DNA from: a candidate division WOR-3 bacterium
Lineage (GTDB): Bacteria > Hydrothermota > Tepidihabitantia > Tepidihabitantales > Tepidihabitantaceae
Length of the DNA stretch: 18,526 bases
Assembly (NCBI GenBank): GCA_965649205.1
Contig: CBFGJV010000032.1
Span: forward strand, 1-18,526
Reading direction: 5' to 3'
In this document: in pieces, positions 8,905 through 16,819 of the stretch
How positions within the stretch are numbered: position 1 is the first letter of the stretch
Layout of the letters: each line of letters starts with the position of its first letter
Translations under genes and position numbers: made by a program
The notes under the pieces: generated by a model
What the model was told of the DNA's origin: nothing
Database searches by the model: none
Seen by the model: the letters and a program-made list of their open reading frames with translations, nothing else

Positions 8905-8951
8905 CAAAGACCCGGAGTAGACCGGAGATATTTCCGGGTCTTTGCGTTTTT
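8905..8951 (+). terminator. Probable intrinsic terminator after the TM2 gene
   Basis: CAAAGACCCGGA (8905-8916) pairs with TCCGGGTCTTTG (8933-8944), followed by CGTTTTT. Confidence 0.6.
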
Positions 8952-9009
8952 GTCCTTATGATATGGCATAACTACTTTAGCCTTTGGACAGTTTAGTTTT
9001 GTTTCAACT

Positions 9010-11106
9010 ATGCCCAGGGAATATCCACTAGAACGAGTGCGCAATATTGGCATCATGGCGCACATTGACGCGGGCAAGACGACCGTGTCGGAACGTATCC
9101 TTTTCTATACCGGCCGTACGCACAAGCTGGGTGAGGTGCATGACGGTGAGGCAACTATGGACTGGATGGAGCAGGAGCAGGAGCGTGGTATTACCATTAC
9201 TTCCGCCGCCACCTCGACAGTTTGGAAAGGTCATCTCATCAATCTGATTGATACACCGGGACATGTAGATTTCACGGTGGAGGTGGAAAGGTCTTTACGG
9301 GTACTGGACGGGGCTATAGCCCTGTTTTGTGCCGTAGGAGGGGTAGAGCCGCAATCAGAGACTGTATGGCGTCAGGCGGAAAAGTATTCAGTTCCCCGTA
9401 TTGCCTTTGTTAACAAGATGGACCGGGTCGGAGCCGACTTCTATGCGGTGGCGAAGCAAATTACAGAGGAACTGGGGGCGAATGCAGTGCCTGTAGTAAT
9501 CCCTGTTGGTCAGGAGGAAAAATTCTGCGGAGTTGTAGACCTGGTGGATGATGTGGCAGTTTTCTATGATGAAACCAGTAAGGGGATGATCTGGTATGAA
9601 GAGCCGATTCCTGTCGATATGCAGGACGAAGCTAGAAAGTGGAAACAACATCTGCTGGAGAAAATTGCCGAGGTGGATGACAGGCTGCTGGAAAAATTCT
9701 TGCACGATGAGAAGATCGGGGACAGGGAACTGTCGGCCGCGATAAGGCAGGCGACAATCAGGCAGAAGGTGTGTCCGGTAGTTTGCGGCAGTGCTTTTCG
9801 TAACAAGGGTATTCAGCGACTCTTGGACGCCATTGTCAGCTACCTGCCCAGTCCCTTGGATCTGCCGCCGATTCTCGGCAAGCAACTTACCGGCGAACCT
9901 ATAGAGAGGATTCCTAAAGACGACGGCAGGCTTGCAGCTCTGGCATTCAAGGTAGTTGCGGATAAGCACGTAGGCAAGCTGGTTTATGTGCGAGTCTATT
10001 CGGGCACCTTGTCGCACGCCAGCTGGGTTTTGAATTCTACCCGCGGTCGGGAGCAACGCGTGGGTAGACTGCTACGCATGCATGCCAATCACCGGGAACC
10101 AGTAGAAGCACTCTATTCGGGAGAGATAGGCGCGGTGGTAGGTCTGGCAGAAACACTTACCGGCGATACTCTGTGCGCACCTGAGCATCCCATAGTGCTT
10201 GAAGCAATCGAGTTCCCCTCGCCGGTGCTCTCGATGGCAGTTAGTCCGAAGGAGAGGGCGGACAGAGAAAAACTGGGGTTGGGACTTGCCCGGTTGGCAG
10301 AGGAGGACCCGACGTTTATCGTGACCCAGGACGTGGAAAGCAAGGAAACTGTTATCTCCGGTATGGGTGAGTTGCATCTGGAGATTATTGTGGACCGGCT
10401 TAGACGGGAGTTTGGTGTCAACGTGGTCACAGGTGCGCCGCAGGTGGCATATAGGGAGACGGCCACGGTTAGGGCGCAGGTGGATGAACGGCTGGTGAAG
10501 CAAAGCGGGGGCCGAGGTCAATTCGCACATGTGGTACTGAAATTGGAACCGCTGGAACCAGGACAAGGATTTGAGTTTGTAAACAAGGTGGTGTCTGGTC
10601 GCGTGCCCAAGGAGTATATACCGGCTGTGGAGCGAGGGGTAATTGAGGCAATGCAGAAGGGGCCATACGCGGGATTCCCTGTAGTTGATGTGCGGGTAAC
10701 ACTTTTGGACGGTTCTTACCACGAGGTTGATTCTTCAGATTTGGCTTTCCGGTATTGCGCCAGACAGGCGTTTGAAAAGCTATTTCTTTCTGCGCAGCCG
10801 GAGCTGCTGGAACCGGTAATGAGTGTGAATGTGATGACGCCAGAGGAGTTTGCGGGGGTAATTATGGGTTCTCTGGCCAATCGCCGGGGCAGGATAGAGT
10901 CCCTCGATGTACAGGGTAACGCGCGGGTGGTACGGGCTATGGTACCTTTGGCTAACATGTTCGGGTATGCTACGGAAGTACGTAATTTGAGTCAGGGAAA
11001 GGCCCTGTTTACGATGCATTTTGAGCACTATGAGCCGGTACCGCTGGCTGTGGCTGAGGAGATTGTTGCAGCCAGAAAGCGCAAGTCTGATATTTCAGCC
11101 CGATAG
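9010..11106 (+). CDS. fusA: Elongation factor G (outside the str operon)
   Basis: [71 protein letters not shown]; 698 aa. Confidence 0.96.
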   Translation: MPREYPLERVRNIGIMAHIDAGKTTVSERILFYTGRTHKLGEVHDGEATMDWMEQEQERGITITSAATSTVWKGHLINLIDTPGHVDFTVEVERSLRVLDGAIALFCAVGGVEPQSETVWRQAEKYSVPRIAFVNKMDRVGADFYAVAKQITEELGANAVPVVIPVGQEEKFCGVVDLVDDVAVFYDETSKGMIWYEEPIPVDMQDEARKWKQHLLEKIAEVDDRLLEKFLHDEKIGDRELSAAIRQATIRQKVCPVVCGSAFRNKGIQRLLDAIVSYLPSPLDLPPILGKQLTGEPIERIPKDDGRLAALAFKVVADKHVGKLVYVRVYSGTLSHASWVLNSTRGREQRVGRLLRMHANHREPVEALYSGEIGAVVGLAETLTGDTLCAPEHPIVLEAIEFPSPVLSMAVSPKERADREKLGLGLARLAEEDPTFIVTQDVESKETVISGMGELHLEIIVDRLRREFGVNVVTGAPQVAYRETATVRAQVDERLVKQSGGRGQFAHVVLKLEPLEPGQGFEFVNKVVSGRVPKEYIPAVERGVIEAMQKGPYAGFPVVDVRVTLLDGSYHEVDSSDLAFRYCARQAFEKLFLSAQPELLEPVMSVNVMTPEEFAGVIMGSLANRRGRIESLDVQGNARVVRAMVPLANMFGYATEVRNLSQGKALFTMHFEHYEPVPLAVAEEIVAARKRKSDISAR

Positions 11107-11146
11107 GGTGGCCTGCAGGGTCGCTGTCAGAAAAAAAACAGGGAAT

Positions 11147-11175
11147 TTGACAAGGGGCTGGGCGGTATCTATTGT
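11147..11175 (+). promoter_or_regulatory. sigma70-like promoter for the lipoprotein operon
   Basis: TTGACA (11147-11152), 17 nt, TATTGT (11170-11175). An A8 tract at 11131-11138 resembles an UP element. Confidence 0.7.
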
Positions 11176-11219
11176 TGCCTTGTACTGTCTGGCGCAACGA
11201 GCCTGTGAAAGGAGGAAGC

Positions 11220-11736
11220 ATGCGTAGTACTCTGATACTCTGGCTGACAGTCTATTGTTTGGGGGCGGCGGCGACTTTGGAGCCCGCGGCCGAATTCGTG
11301 CATACAGATGCGGCAGGCAAGTTTAATGTACTTGGGCAGGTTGCGGTGGTAATTGCTGGTGACGATCAGTTTGTCAGTCACATAATGGAGGATGTGCTGG
11401 CTGTGAATCTGCTTTCCCAGGATATCAAGGGTGGCTTACCCGAAGCAAACGGTTCTGGGCAAGTTGCGTGCGCCGGCAGACCCCATGCAGATTGCGCAGA
11501 AGGTAGGTGCGAACGTGCTCATAACTGGGATGGTGCTTACAGAACCTGTTTGTACTGAGCATAAGGGAGAGTGCGTTTCACATCGCAGCGCCAAGATAAG
11601 TTTAGCCTCTTTCTCTCTGGTAGATGTACCCCAAGGAAAAACGTTGGTTTGGACTCTATATGAACCGCAAGGCGCTGCGACTATTTCTCAAGTCGCCCGT
11701 GCCTTTGTGAGCAGGGCAATGAAAGCGTTGAGATAA
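11220..11736 (+). pseudogene. Secreted TolB-N/CsgG/LpoB-fold-like protein, split by a +1 frameshift (or sequencing error)
   Basis: AAAGGAGG RBS, ATG 11220 and a signal peptide. Removing one G from GGG at 11429-11431 joins ...LLSQDIK to VAYPKQ..., giving 171 aa with VAVV, IAQKVGANVLITGMV and SLVDVPQGKTLVW motifs. Confidence 0.7.
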
Positions 11737-11765
11737 AGCATATTTTTATCCAAAAAGGAGTAACA

Positions 11766-12344
11766 ATGAGTGACAGATACAGAAAACAGTATCTTCTGGC
11801 CGCGGTAATGTTTTGCCTTGCTTGCGCTTCTTCGCACTACGTGCGGCCGGATGAGGTTACCGAGTGGGACTATACCTACTCAGACACAGATATGAAGCTT
11901 CTAGCGGAAAAAATGGTAATGTCGTTGTCGGAGGCTGAACTACCCAAACTGGACAGAAAACCTACAATAGCTTTTCTGCAAATTGGGAATCGTACCTCTC
12001 AGCACGTAGATACCGAGGGAATAGCGGAGAAAATAATGGTGAGCTTGGTAAAGCTAGGACGGTTTCAGGTAGTAGATAGACAGCTTTTGAAGAAACAGGC
12101 GCAGGAGATAGCACTGGTAGAAAACCAGCGAATCGATGTGGAGGGAGCGGTAAAACTGGGCCACCTAGTAGGAGCAGATTACTTCCTTACTGGCGATATC
12201 ATGAGTATTGAGAAGACTTCCGGTGCCACCACCATTGCTTACTATAAATTGACTATGCGGTTGGTTGACGTCAAAACGTCGGTCATAGTCTGGGCGGATG
12301 AAAAGGAATTGAAGAAACGTTCTACCAAGGGATGGTTCGAGTAA
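11766..12344 (+). CDS. lpoB: LpoB-like / CsgG-fold lipoprotein (penicillin-binding protein activator LpoB family)
   Basis: Lipobox-like CLAC, SDTDMKLLAEKMVMSL, IGNRTSQHVDT, GADYFLTGDI, YYKLTMRLVDVKTSVIVWADEKELKK. AAAGGAG RBS. Confidence 0.78.
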   Translation: MSDRYRKQYLLAAVMFCLACASSHYVRPDEVTEWDYTYSDTDMKLLAEKMVMSLSEAELPKLDRKPTIAFLQIGNRTSQHVDTEGIAEKIMVSLVKLGRFQVVDRQLLKKQAQEIALVENQRIDVEGAVKLGHLVGADYFLTGDIMSIEKTSGATTIAYYKLTMRLVDVKTSVIVWADEKELKKRSTKGWFE

Positions 12345-12366
12345 GGGTACGCAGGCAGAAAGCCAG

Positions 12367-13563
12367 GTGCTAAGGTTTGTAGCCTCCGGAGTGAGTTTGC
12401 GGTCCGTAAGCAGAGTTGGTAGATACCGTGCCTTCGTGCTTATTGCCAGCGGGCTCGTGCTGTGGGTTTCGTGTATCCCGACAGTATCCCCAGAACGCAA
12501 AGGCTTTAGCGACCTACAATACTTTGCTGCGGCAACCAAGTACAGAAAAGAGGCTGAGCAGAGGTTCGAGACCAGAGAGATATCCTACCCTCTGAGCCTT
12601 CTTGACTATGCTGTTAGCAGCTTCTACGCGGGTAATCTGTCGGAGGCTAAACAGGCCTTTTTCGCGGTGTACAGAATTGACGAAGGGGACATACCCGAAG
12701 CGGCCAAGTTCTACCAATGGCTGGTGGTGGATGGCAGAAAAGTGTATCGACTAAAGAAAAGAGAGAGGGAGCTGCTACATTTGTACCTGGGGCTGATATA
12801 TCTGGCCGAGGACAATCTGTCCGAAGCACTGGTAGAATTCAAGAAGCTCAGACTAAGGGATCAGGATGCTTCTCAGTTGCCGGTGGTGAACTTCTATATG
12901 GGACTGGTCTATGAGAAGCTCGGCCGGTACGATGATGCTCGGATTGAGTATGAAGGACTGAAAAAAATGGACGCTCCCGGGTTGGAGGCGGGCATGCTAT
13001 TGGAGCGGGTGAAGGCATTAAAAGAAGAAAGAGAGCAGAGCCGGATGGGGGCAGAACTTATAGTGCAGGTTGACCATCACTCTGATAGTACGGAAGGGCC
13101 GACCCTGGTGTATGACGACGGCAGACTGATAGCCAAGCTGCCGGCATACTCAGACCGGTTCCAAGTGCAACTTACTTCGGCTGAAGCTTTGCGGCAGGCT
13201 GCGCAGAAGGCTACGGCCCGGGCTACGCGCGAGGGCCTGCGTTGCTGCGGGACGATACTGGCAGAGTATTTGTTTCCCAGACACGGAGAAACGATAGGAG
13301 ACCTGGCTGGAGATTTAGTATTGGGAGACGACGAAGAAAGCCGGGACTACCGCCGTTGGCGCTACGCCCCAGTTTCCATTGCGGCTGGTCGTCTGCAGAT
13401 ACCGGTAGAGACGCGGGAGATCAGGCTGGATTTCTACGACCGGTCGGGTGAACAGCTGGGCTCCTCTCACTATCCTTTGTCCGGAGAGCATCGGCGGGTT
13501 TTGCAGTTTGGGCAGACCTACTTTATTGTTGCCGGATTGGCACAAGAGTTCTTTTCATACTAG
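12367..13563 (+). CDS. TPR-containing predicted lipoprotein (COG3014-like)
   Basis: Hydrophobic signal ending WVSC. TPR-like helices HLYLGLIYLAEDNLSEALVEFKK and NFYMGLVYEKLGRYDDARIEYE; C-terminal DYRRWRYAP motif. Start uncertain. Confidence 0.65.
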   Translation: MLRFVASGVSLRSVSRVGRYRAFVLIASGLVLWVSCIPTVSPERKGFSDLQYFAAATKYRKEAEQRFETREISYPLSLLDYAVSSFYAGNLSEAKQAFFAVYRIDEGDIPEAAKFYQWLVVDGRKVYRLKKRERELLHLYLGLIYLAEDNLSEALVEFKKLRLRDQDASQLPVVNFYMGLVYEKLGRYDDARIEYEGLKKMDAPGLEAGMLLERVKALKEEREQSRMGAELIVQVDHHSDSTEGPTLVYDDGRLIAKLPAYSDRFQVQLTSAEALRQAAQKATARATREGLRCCGTILAEYLFPRHGETIGDLAGDLVLGDDEESRDYRRWRYAPVSIAAGRLQIPVETREIRLDFYDRSGEQLGSSHYPLSGEHRRVLQFGQTYFIVAGLAQEFFSY

Positions 13564-13572
13564 GAGGAGACA

Positions 13573-14010
13573 ATGAAAAAGGCAAGAATCAAACCTGCTG
13601 CCGCGTGGAGCGTGATAGGGATGTTTCTGGCTCTCGCAGGCTGCAGTGCTCGCGTAAACTCGGTCATCATCAGTAGAGAGACTGGGACGAGGCGTTGGGA
13701 CATAGACAACCCCTTTCTTGCCCAGGACATAAAGATTCTGGACATTAAGGAAGAAGAAAAGAATGGAGCGTTGTTTGTTAACGTACTGGTGCGTAATGGC
13801 TGGCCCATGCGTATTGGGGGAATGATGAAAGTACAGTTCTACGACCAGAATGGCGTGCAGCTGGATGATCCGTGGGGTTGGCACCAGCTTAACCTTGAGT
13901 CTTCGCAGGAGGAATGGTTCAAGTTTATGGCGCCTAGACCGGCAGAGCAGATAACCAAGATGAAAATAATGGTGCGGGGTATCAACAAGTACTCCGGCGC
14001 CGGAAAATAA
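13573..14010 (+). CDS. YcfL/DUF1425-like lipoprotein
   Basis: Perfect LAGC lipobox, VQFYDQNGVQL..PWGW and APRP-type motifs, beta-rich. AGGAGGAG RBS; context next to the lpoB-like gene. Confidence 0.7.
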   Translation: MKKARIKPAAAWSVIGMFLALAGCSARVNSVIISRETGTRRWDIDNPFLAQDIKILDIKEEEKNGALFVNVLVRNGWPMRIGGMMKVQFYDQNGVQLDDPWGWHQLNLESSQEEWFKFMAPRPAEQITKMKIMVRGINKYSGAGK

Positions 14011-14053
14011 GGAAACTATCGGTTTGGCTGGGTTGGGGAGATTGTTGAGATAG

Positions 14054-14087
14054 GACGCAGAGAATACCGGAGAGGGTATTCGGCGTC
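14054..14087. terminator. Possible hairpin between convergent genes
   Basis: GACGC..GAATACC (14054-14068) pairs with GGTATTC.GCGTC (14075-14087). No clear U-tract. Confidence 0.3.
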
Positions 14088-14102
14088 AGGGCCGGAGTCT
14101 TC

Positions 14103-14906
14103 CTAAACGGTGGAAAAAGCTATCTTCTGATCTTCTAGGTCAGGAAAGGCAACCAGATAACAGGTCTTCAGATTGAACTCTTTCTTGTAGAATTTCAATT
14201 CGTCCACCGCTTCTTTAAGTTCCTCGGCCTTCTTGTAGAAAACTACTTTGGCGGCGGTGCCGTCTGAAAAGCTGAGGTCGAAATCATAGCTGGTTACTTC
14301 TTGCCCCTTGTATAGTACTGGTCGTGTCATACGGCTGAACTCGCAACCGTGCAGGCGCAACTCCACAGCCAGTCCAGCTGGAAATAGCTTCCTTGTATCC
14401 TGCCTGTAGATGAATTCCTGACCGAAATAGCGGTATACTTCCTGCGCACAGGCTTCCAACAGTTGGGCAGTGCTTTTGTTCCGCGTGCGTTTTGGTCTGG
14501 CCACAACCAGCTGACGTTGTTTTTGGGGCTTTTCTACTTCGGAGACAAGTACCTCGGAGGAAAAACTGAGTACCGCCCCCTGGTCAATGTTCAGGGAAAG
14601 CATATAGACCTGAGCCTGACGCTGGTGGTGTTCGGTTATTCTGGCTACGTTTTTCAGTTCCAGAACTAGCTCTTTACCACCTCTTCCGGCCCAGAGCGGG
14701 TTGACAATGAGATCGGCCCTGCCTTCGCCTACGCTGTATCCCTTGTACAGTACCTCGAAAGTTCGTTGCCGTTCGTAGGGAATCTGCCTTAGCCGCAACT
14801 CGTGTGCCAAACCCTCTTCGTAAGCCCTTTCCTCGTAGCCCACACCCAGCACCCGCAGTACTTCCTTTGCTGCGTCTGTGACTAATTCAAGAGTACTCAT
14901 TTTCAT
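14103..14906 (-). CDS. GxxExxY (PD-(D/E)XK-like) protein with a tandem duplicated domain
   Basis: Domain 1: LGVGYEERAY, ELRLR, VLYKG, ADLIV, LELK, QAQVYM. Domain 2 repeats EVYRYFG, ELRLH, VLYKG, FDL. Confidence 0.85.
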   Translation of the reverse strand: MKMSTLELVTDAAKEVLRVLGVGYEERAYEEGLAHELRLRQIPYERQRTFEVLYKGYSVGEGRADLIVNPLWAGRGGKELVLELKNVARITEHHQRQAQVYMLSLNIDQGAVLSFSSEVLVSEVEKPQKQRQLVVARPKRTRNKSTAQLLEACAQEVYRYFGQEFIYRQDTRKLFPAGLAVELRLHGCEFSRMTRPVLYKGQEVTSYDFDLSFSDGTAAKVVFYKKAEELKEAVDELKFYKKEFNLKTCYLVAFPDLEDQKIAFSTV

Positions 14907-14934
14907 AACTCCCGGTTTCGCTGTTTGTTAGCTA

Positions 14935-14963
14935 ATAGTAGCCCACTTTTTTCTGGGGGTCAA
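14935..14963 (-). promoter_or_regulatory. sigma70-like promoter for the GxxExxY gene
   Basis: Minus strand: TTGACC (14963-14958), 17 nt, TACTAT (14940-14935). GGGAG RBS before the ATG. Confidence 0.65.
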
Positions 14964-15121
14964 CGCTGACCGAATTCCTTTATTACGCACCCATCGTGCC
15001 GGACGAAATTGAAGGAGTAATTCAGAACGAATTGCCGCACGAAACATCCTGCAGTTTTTCGTATTTTTTAATCCATTCATGCATTTTCCCTTCTTACGAG
15101 GAGGAACTCAGTATATATTAG

Positions 15122-15405
15122 ACGTTGTTGATGGAGTTGGGACAGTTCTCCGGGGTTGTTATCCTGACCACGAACCATGCGGAACTGATGGACCCGGCTT
15201 TGGAGAGGCGAATAAGGCACAGGGTGTACTTTGGACCGCCAGATACGCAAACCAGATTAGAGATACTGAGAAAACACATTCCTCCGGCGGCACCGCTGGC
15301 CAAAACGTAGGCCTGGTCCAACTGGCCGAGAAGTACAAACTTACAGGCGGGCAGCTGGCCAATATGGTTATGACGGCAGCAGCCTTAGCTGCGGCGCGGA
15401 TATGA
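15122..15405 (+). pseudogene. AAA+ ATPase remnant (sensor-1, arginine finger, lid), 5'-truncated and frameshifted
   Basis: TLLMELGQFSGVVILTTNHAELMDPALERRIRHRVYFGPPD..RLEILRKHIP, continuing after a -1 shift at AAAA (15302-15305) as NVGLVQLAEKYKLTGGQLANMV. In-frame TAG at 15119-15121 upstream; no Walker A. Confidence 0.8.
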
Positions 15406-15448
15406 TTCTGAGGTCGGGCCGATTGCTATCACCGGTACCGGACCTGGG

Positions 15449-15779
15449 TTACCACTTATTGAAGATGAAGAATACGGTGGCGACGATGAGGCCAAATCCA
15501 ACCAGGTGGTTCCAGCGCAGGCTTTCTTTCAAGTAGGGTACGGAGAACACTGAGAATACGGACAGGGTGATTACCTCCTGAATGGTCTTGAGCTGCGCGG
15601 CAGTGAACTGGCCATAGCCTAGCCGATTGGCTGGCACCTGAAAGCAGTATTCAGCCAGAGCTATACCCCAACTGGCGAGTATGGCGAGGACTAGCGGGAT
15701 CTTGGGGGTATTCGAGATGACCATACCAGGCGAAGGTCATGAACACGTTGGAGACGATGAGCAGGAGAATGGTACGCAC
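15449..15779 (-). pseudogene. DUF486 / DMT-family small membrane protein, frameshifted
   Basis: From GTG 15779: MRTILLLIVSNVFMTFAWYGHLEYP. One extra base in the G5 run (15704-15708) then gives KIPLVLAILASWGIALAEYCFQVPANRLG...QLKTIQEVITL. Span is 331 nt (3n+1). Confidence 0.85.
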
Positions 15780-15787
15780 GAGCGAGA

Positions 15788-15816
15788 AGTATCTGCAAGG
15801 CCATACCTCCTGTCAA
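15788..15816 (-). promoter_or_regulatory. sigma70-like promoter immediately upstream of the DMT gene (near-leaderless)
   Basis: Minus strand: TTGACA (15816-15811), 17 nt, GATACT (15793-15788), with the GTG 8 nt downstream. Confidence 0.5.
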
Positions 15817-15847
15817 GAGGCTACGGGAGACTACAGTTTGTGCCGTG

Positions 15848-16439
15848 TTATGGAGCCAGTTGGTGACTGGATTCGGCGCTCTGTTTGTTAGGTCGACGGC
15901 GGATGGCAAACCAGATAAGCAGAGTGAGCAACAGAATAGTAAAAAGGCCGGCAAGCAGGGGTAGCAGAAGAGAAATTGCCGATAGCAAAAGCGTGCCCAG
16001 ATTCTCTATCGAGGCCGGCCAGCGGGTGAGCAAAACCGGCACTGGCATAAGTAACAGTACGCCACAGAGCAACCGTGCCGAGCTGAACAATGGCGGCAAC
16101 GCCGCCTCCGGCAATCGCCGCCAGCGGCCAGCGGACCAGGGGAGACATATCGGTAACGACCGATGCGGTGACTATGACGCCGGCGGCGACAGCGGTAGGA
16201 GTGGAGATCAAATCAAGCAAATGGTCCAGCCAGGGCAGGTAGTAGGCGGCAATCTCCGTGCCGGTGGCGACAGCAAAAATGATGAGCGCTGGCCAGGTGC
16301 CAATCCAGGAAAATTAAGCAGAAAGTCTGAGCGCTCCAGCCAGCGCTGCAATGTACATTACGAGCAAAGGCAGGAAAACGCGAAATCCGGAGGCAGCGGC
16401 CAGTCCGATTCCCAGAAGTATGTACAGTACGTATTCCAA
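15848..16439 (-). pseudogene. DUF4126-family membrane protein with an internal stop and a frameshift
   Basis: From TTG 16439: LEYVLYILLGIGLAAASGFRVFLPLL...LSA*FSWIGTWPALIIFAVATGTEIAAYYLPWLDHLLDLISTP...AIAGGG. TAA at 16316-16314; +1 shift near 16016 into ASIENLGTLLLS.... Confidence 0.85.
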
Positions 16440-16441
16440 AT

Positions 16442-16810
16442 TTATGCTTCGTTCTCTTTGGGTTTTTCCTTGCGGGCCTCGCAAATAATCTGCTCAATGC
16501 GCTTTTCCTGCGGGTTTTCTAGTGCTATCTTCTGTACCCGTTCGAACTCAGCCTGGATAGTGGCTCCGAACTCCTCTATTTCTTCCAGACAGCGTTTGCC
16601 GGAACGGTGGGCAAAATTACTCAGGTGAGCAAGAATAGTCTCGTAGTTCATCTCCGAGGTGTAGCGGGAAAGCACGTAGCGTGCCACATAACTGCCGCAT
16701 TCCGCACATTTGACGTACACGCAGGTATCGTGGCCGGTCCGGACATAGACAAGATTGGTCATACGGGTGCCGTGGCATTTGGGACAGCATTCGGCCTTGG
16801 CAGTTTCCAT
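16442..16810 (-). CDS. Hypothetical Cys4 zinc-ribbon protein
   Basis: CPKC-x22-CAEC followed by YVARY and a helical, charged C-terminus. Strong AGGAGGT RBS; starts 9 nt after the transporter stop. Confidence 0.75.
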   Translation of the reverse strand: METAKAECCPKCHGTRMTNLVYVRTGHDTCVYVKCAECGSYVARYVLSRYTSEMNYETILAHLSNFAHRSGKRCLEEIEEFGATIQAEFERVQKIALENPQEKRIEQIICEARKEKPKENEA

Positions 16811-16819
16811 TTTTACCTC

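Noticed and set aside
1318..11028. Numerous 60-220 aa ORFs overlapping or antisense to the GT2, flippase, hisC, aminotransferase, tkt, tal and fusA genes
   Set aside because: Alternate-frame artefacts within well-supported genes.
11107..11138. GU-rich hairpin plus A8 tract after fusA as a terminator
   Set aside because: The stem is weak and the A-tract is on the wrong strand for fusA termination. It is better explained as an UP-like element of the 11147 promoter.
11430..11558. C-terminal part of the 128-aa ORF 11172..11558 (GGLPEANG...)
   Set aside because: Out-of-frame read-through after the indel. The protein-like continuation is in the +1 frame, and the real start is 11220.
15021..15083. 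20-codon minus-strand ORF MHEWIKKYEKLQDVSCGNSF with a purine-rich upstream
   Set aside because: Too short and without independent support; indistinguishable from chance.
15079..15303. N-terminal part of ORF 15079..15405
   Set aside because: Wrong frame. Only the last ~33 codons belong to the AAA remnant.
16314..16316. In-frame TAA as evidence for an alternative genetic code or recoding
   Set aside because: TAA, TAG and TGA all terminate intact genes in this window, and the same gene has a second lesion.
15885..16628. 247-aa plus-strand ORF
   Set aside because: Antisense to the DUF4126 pseudogene and the zinc-ribbon gene; no recognisable features.
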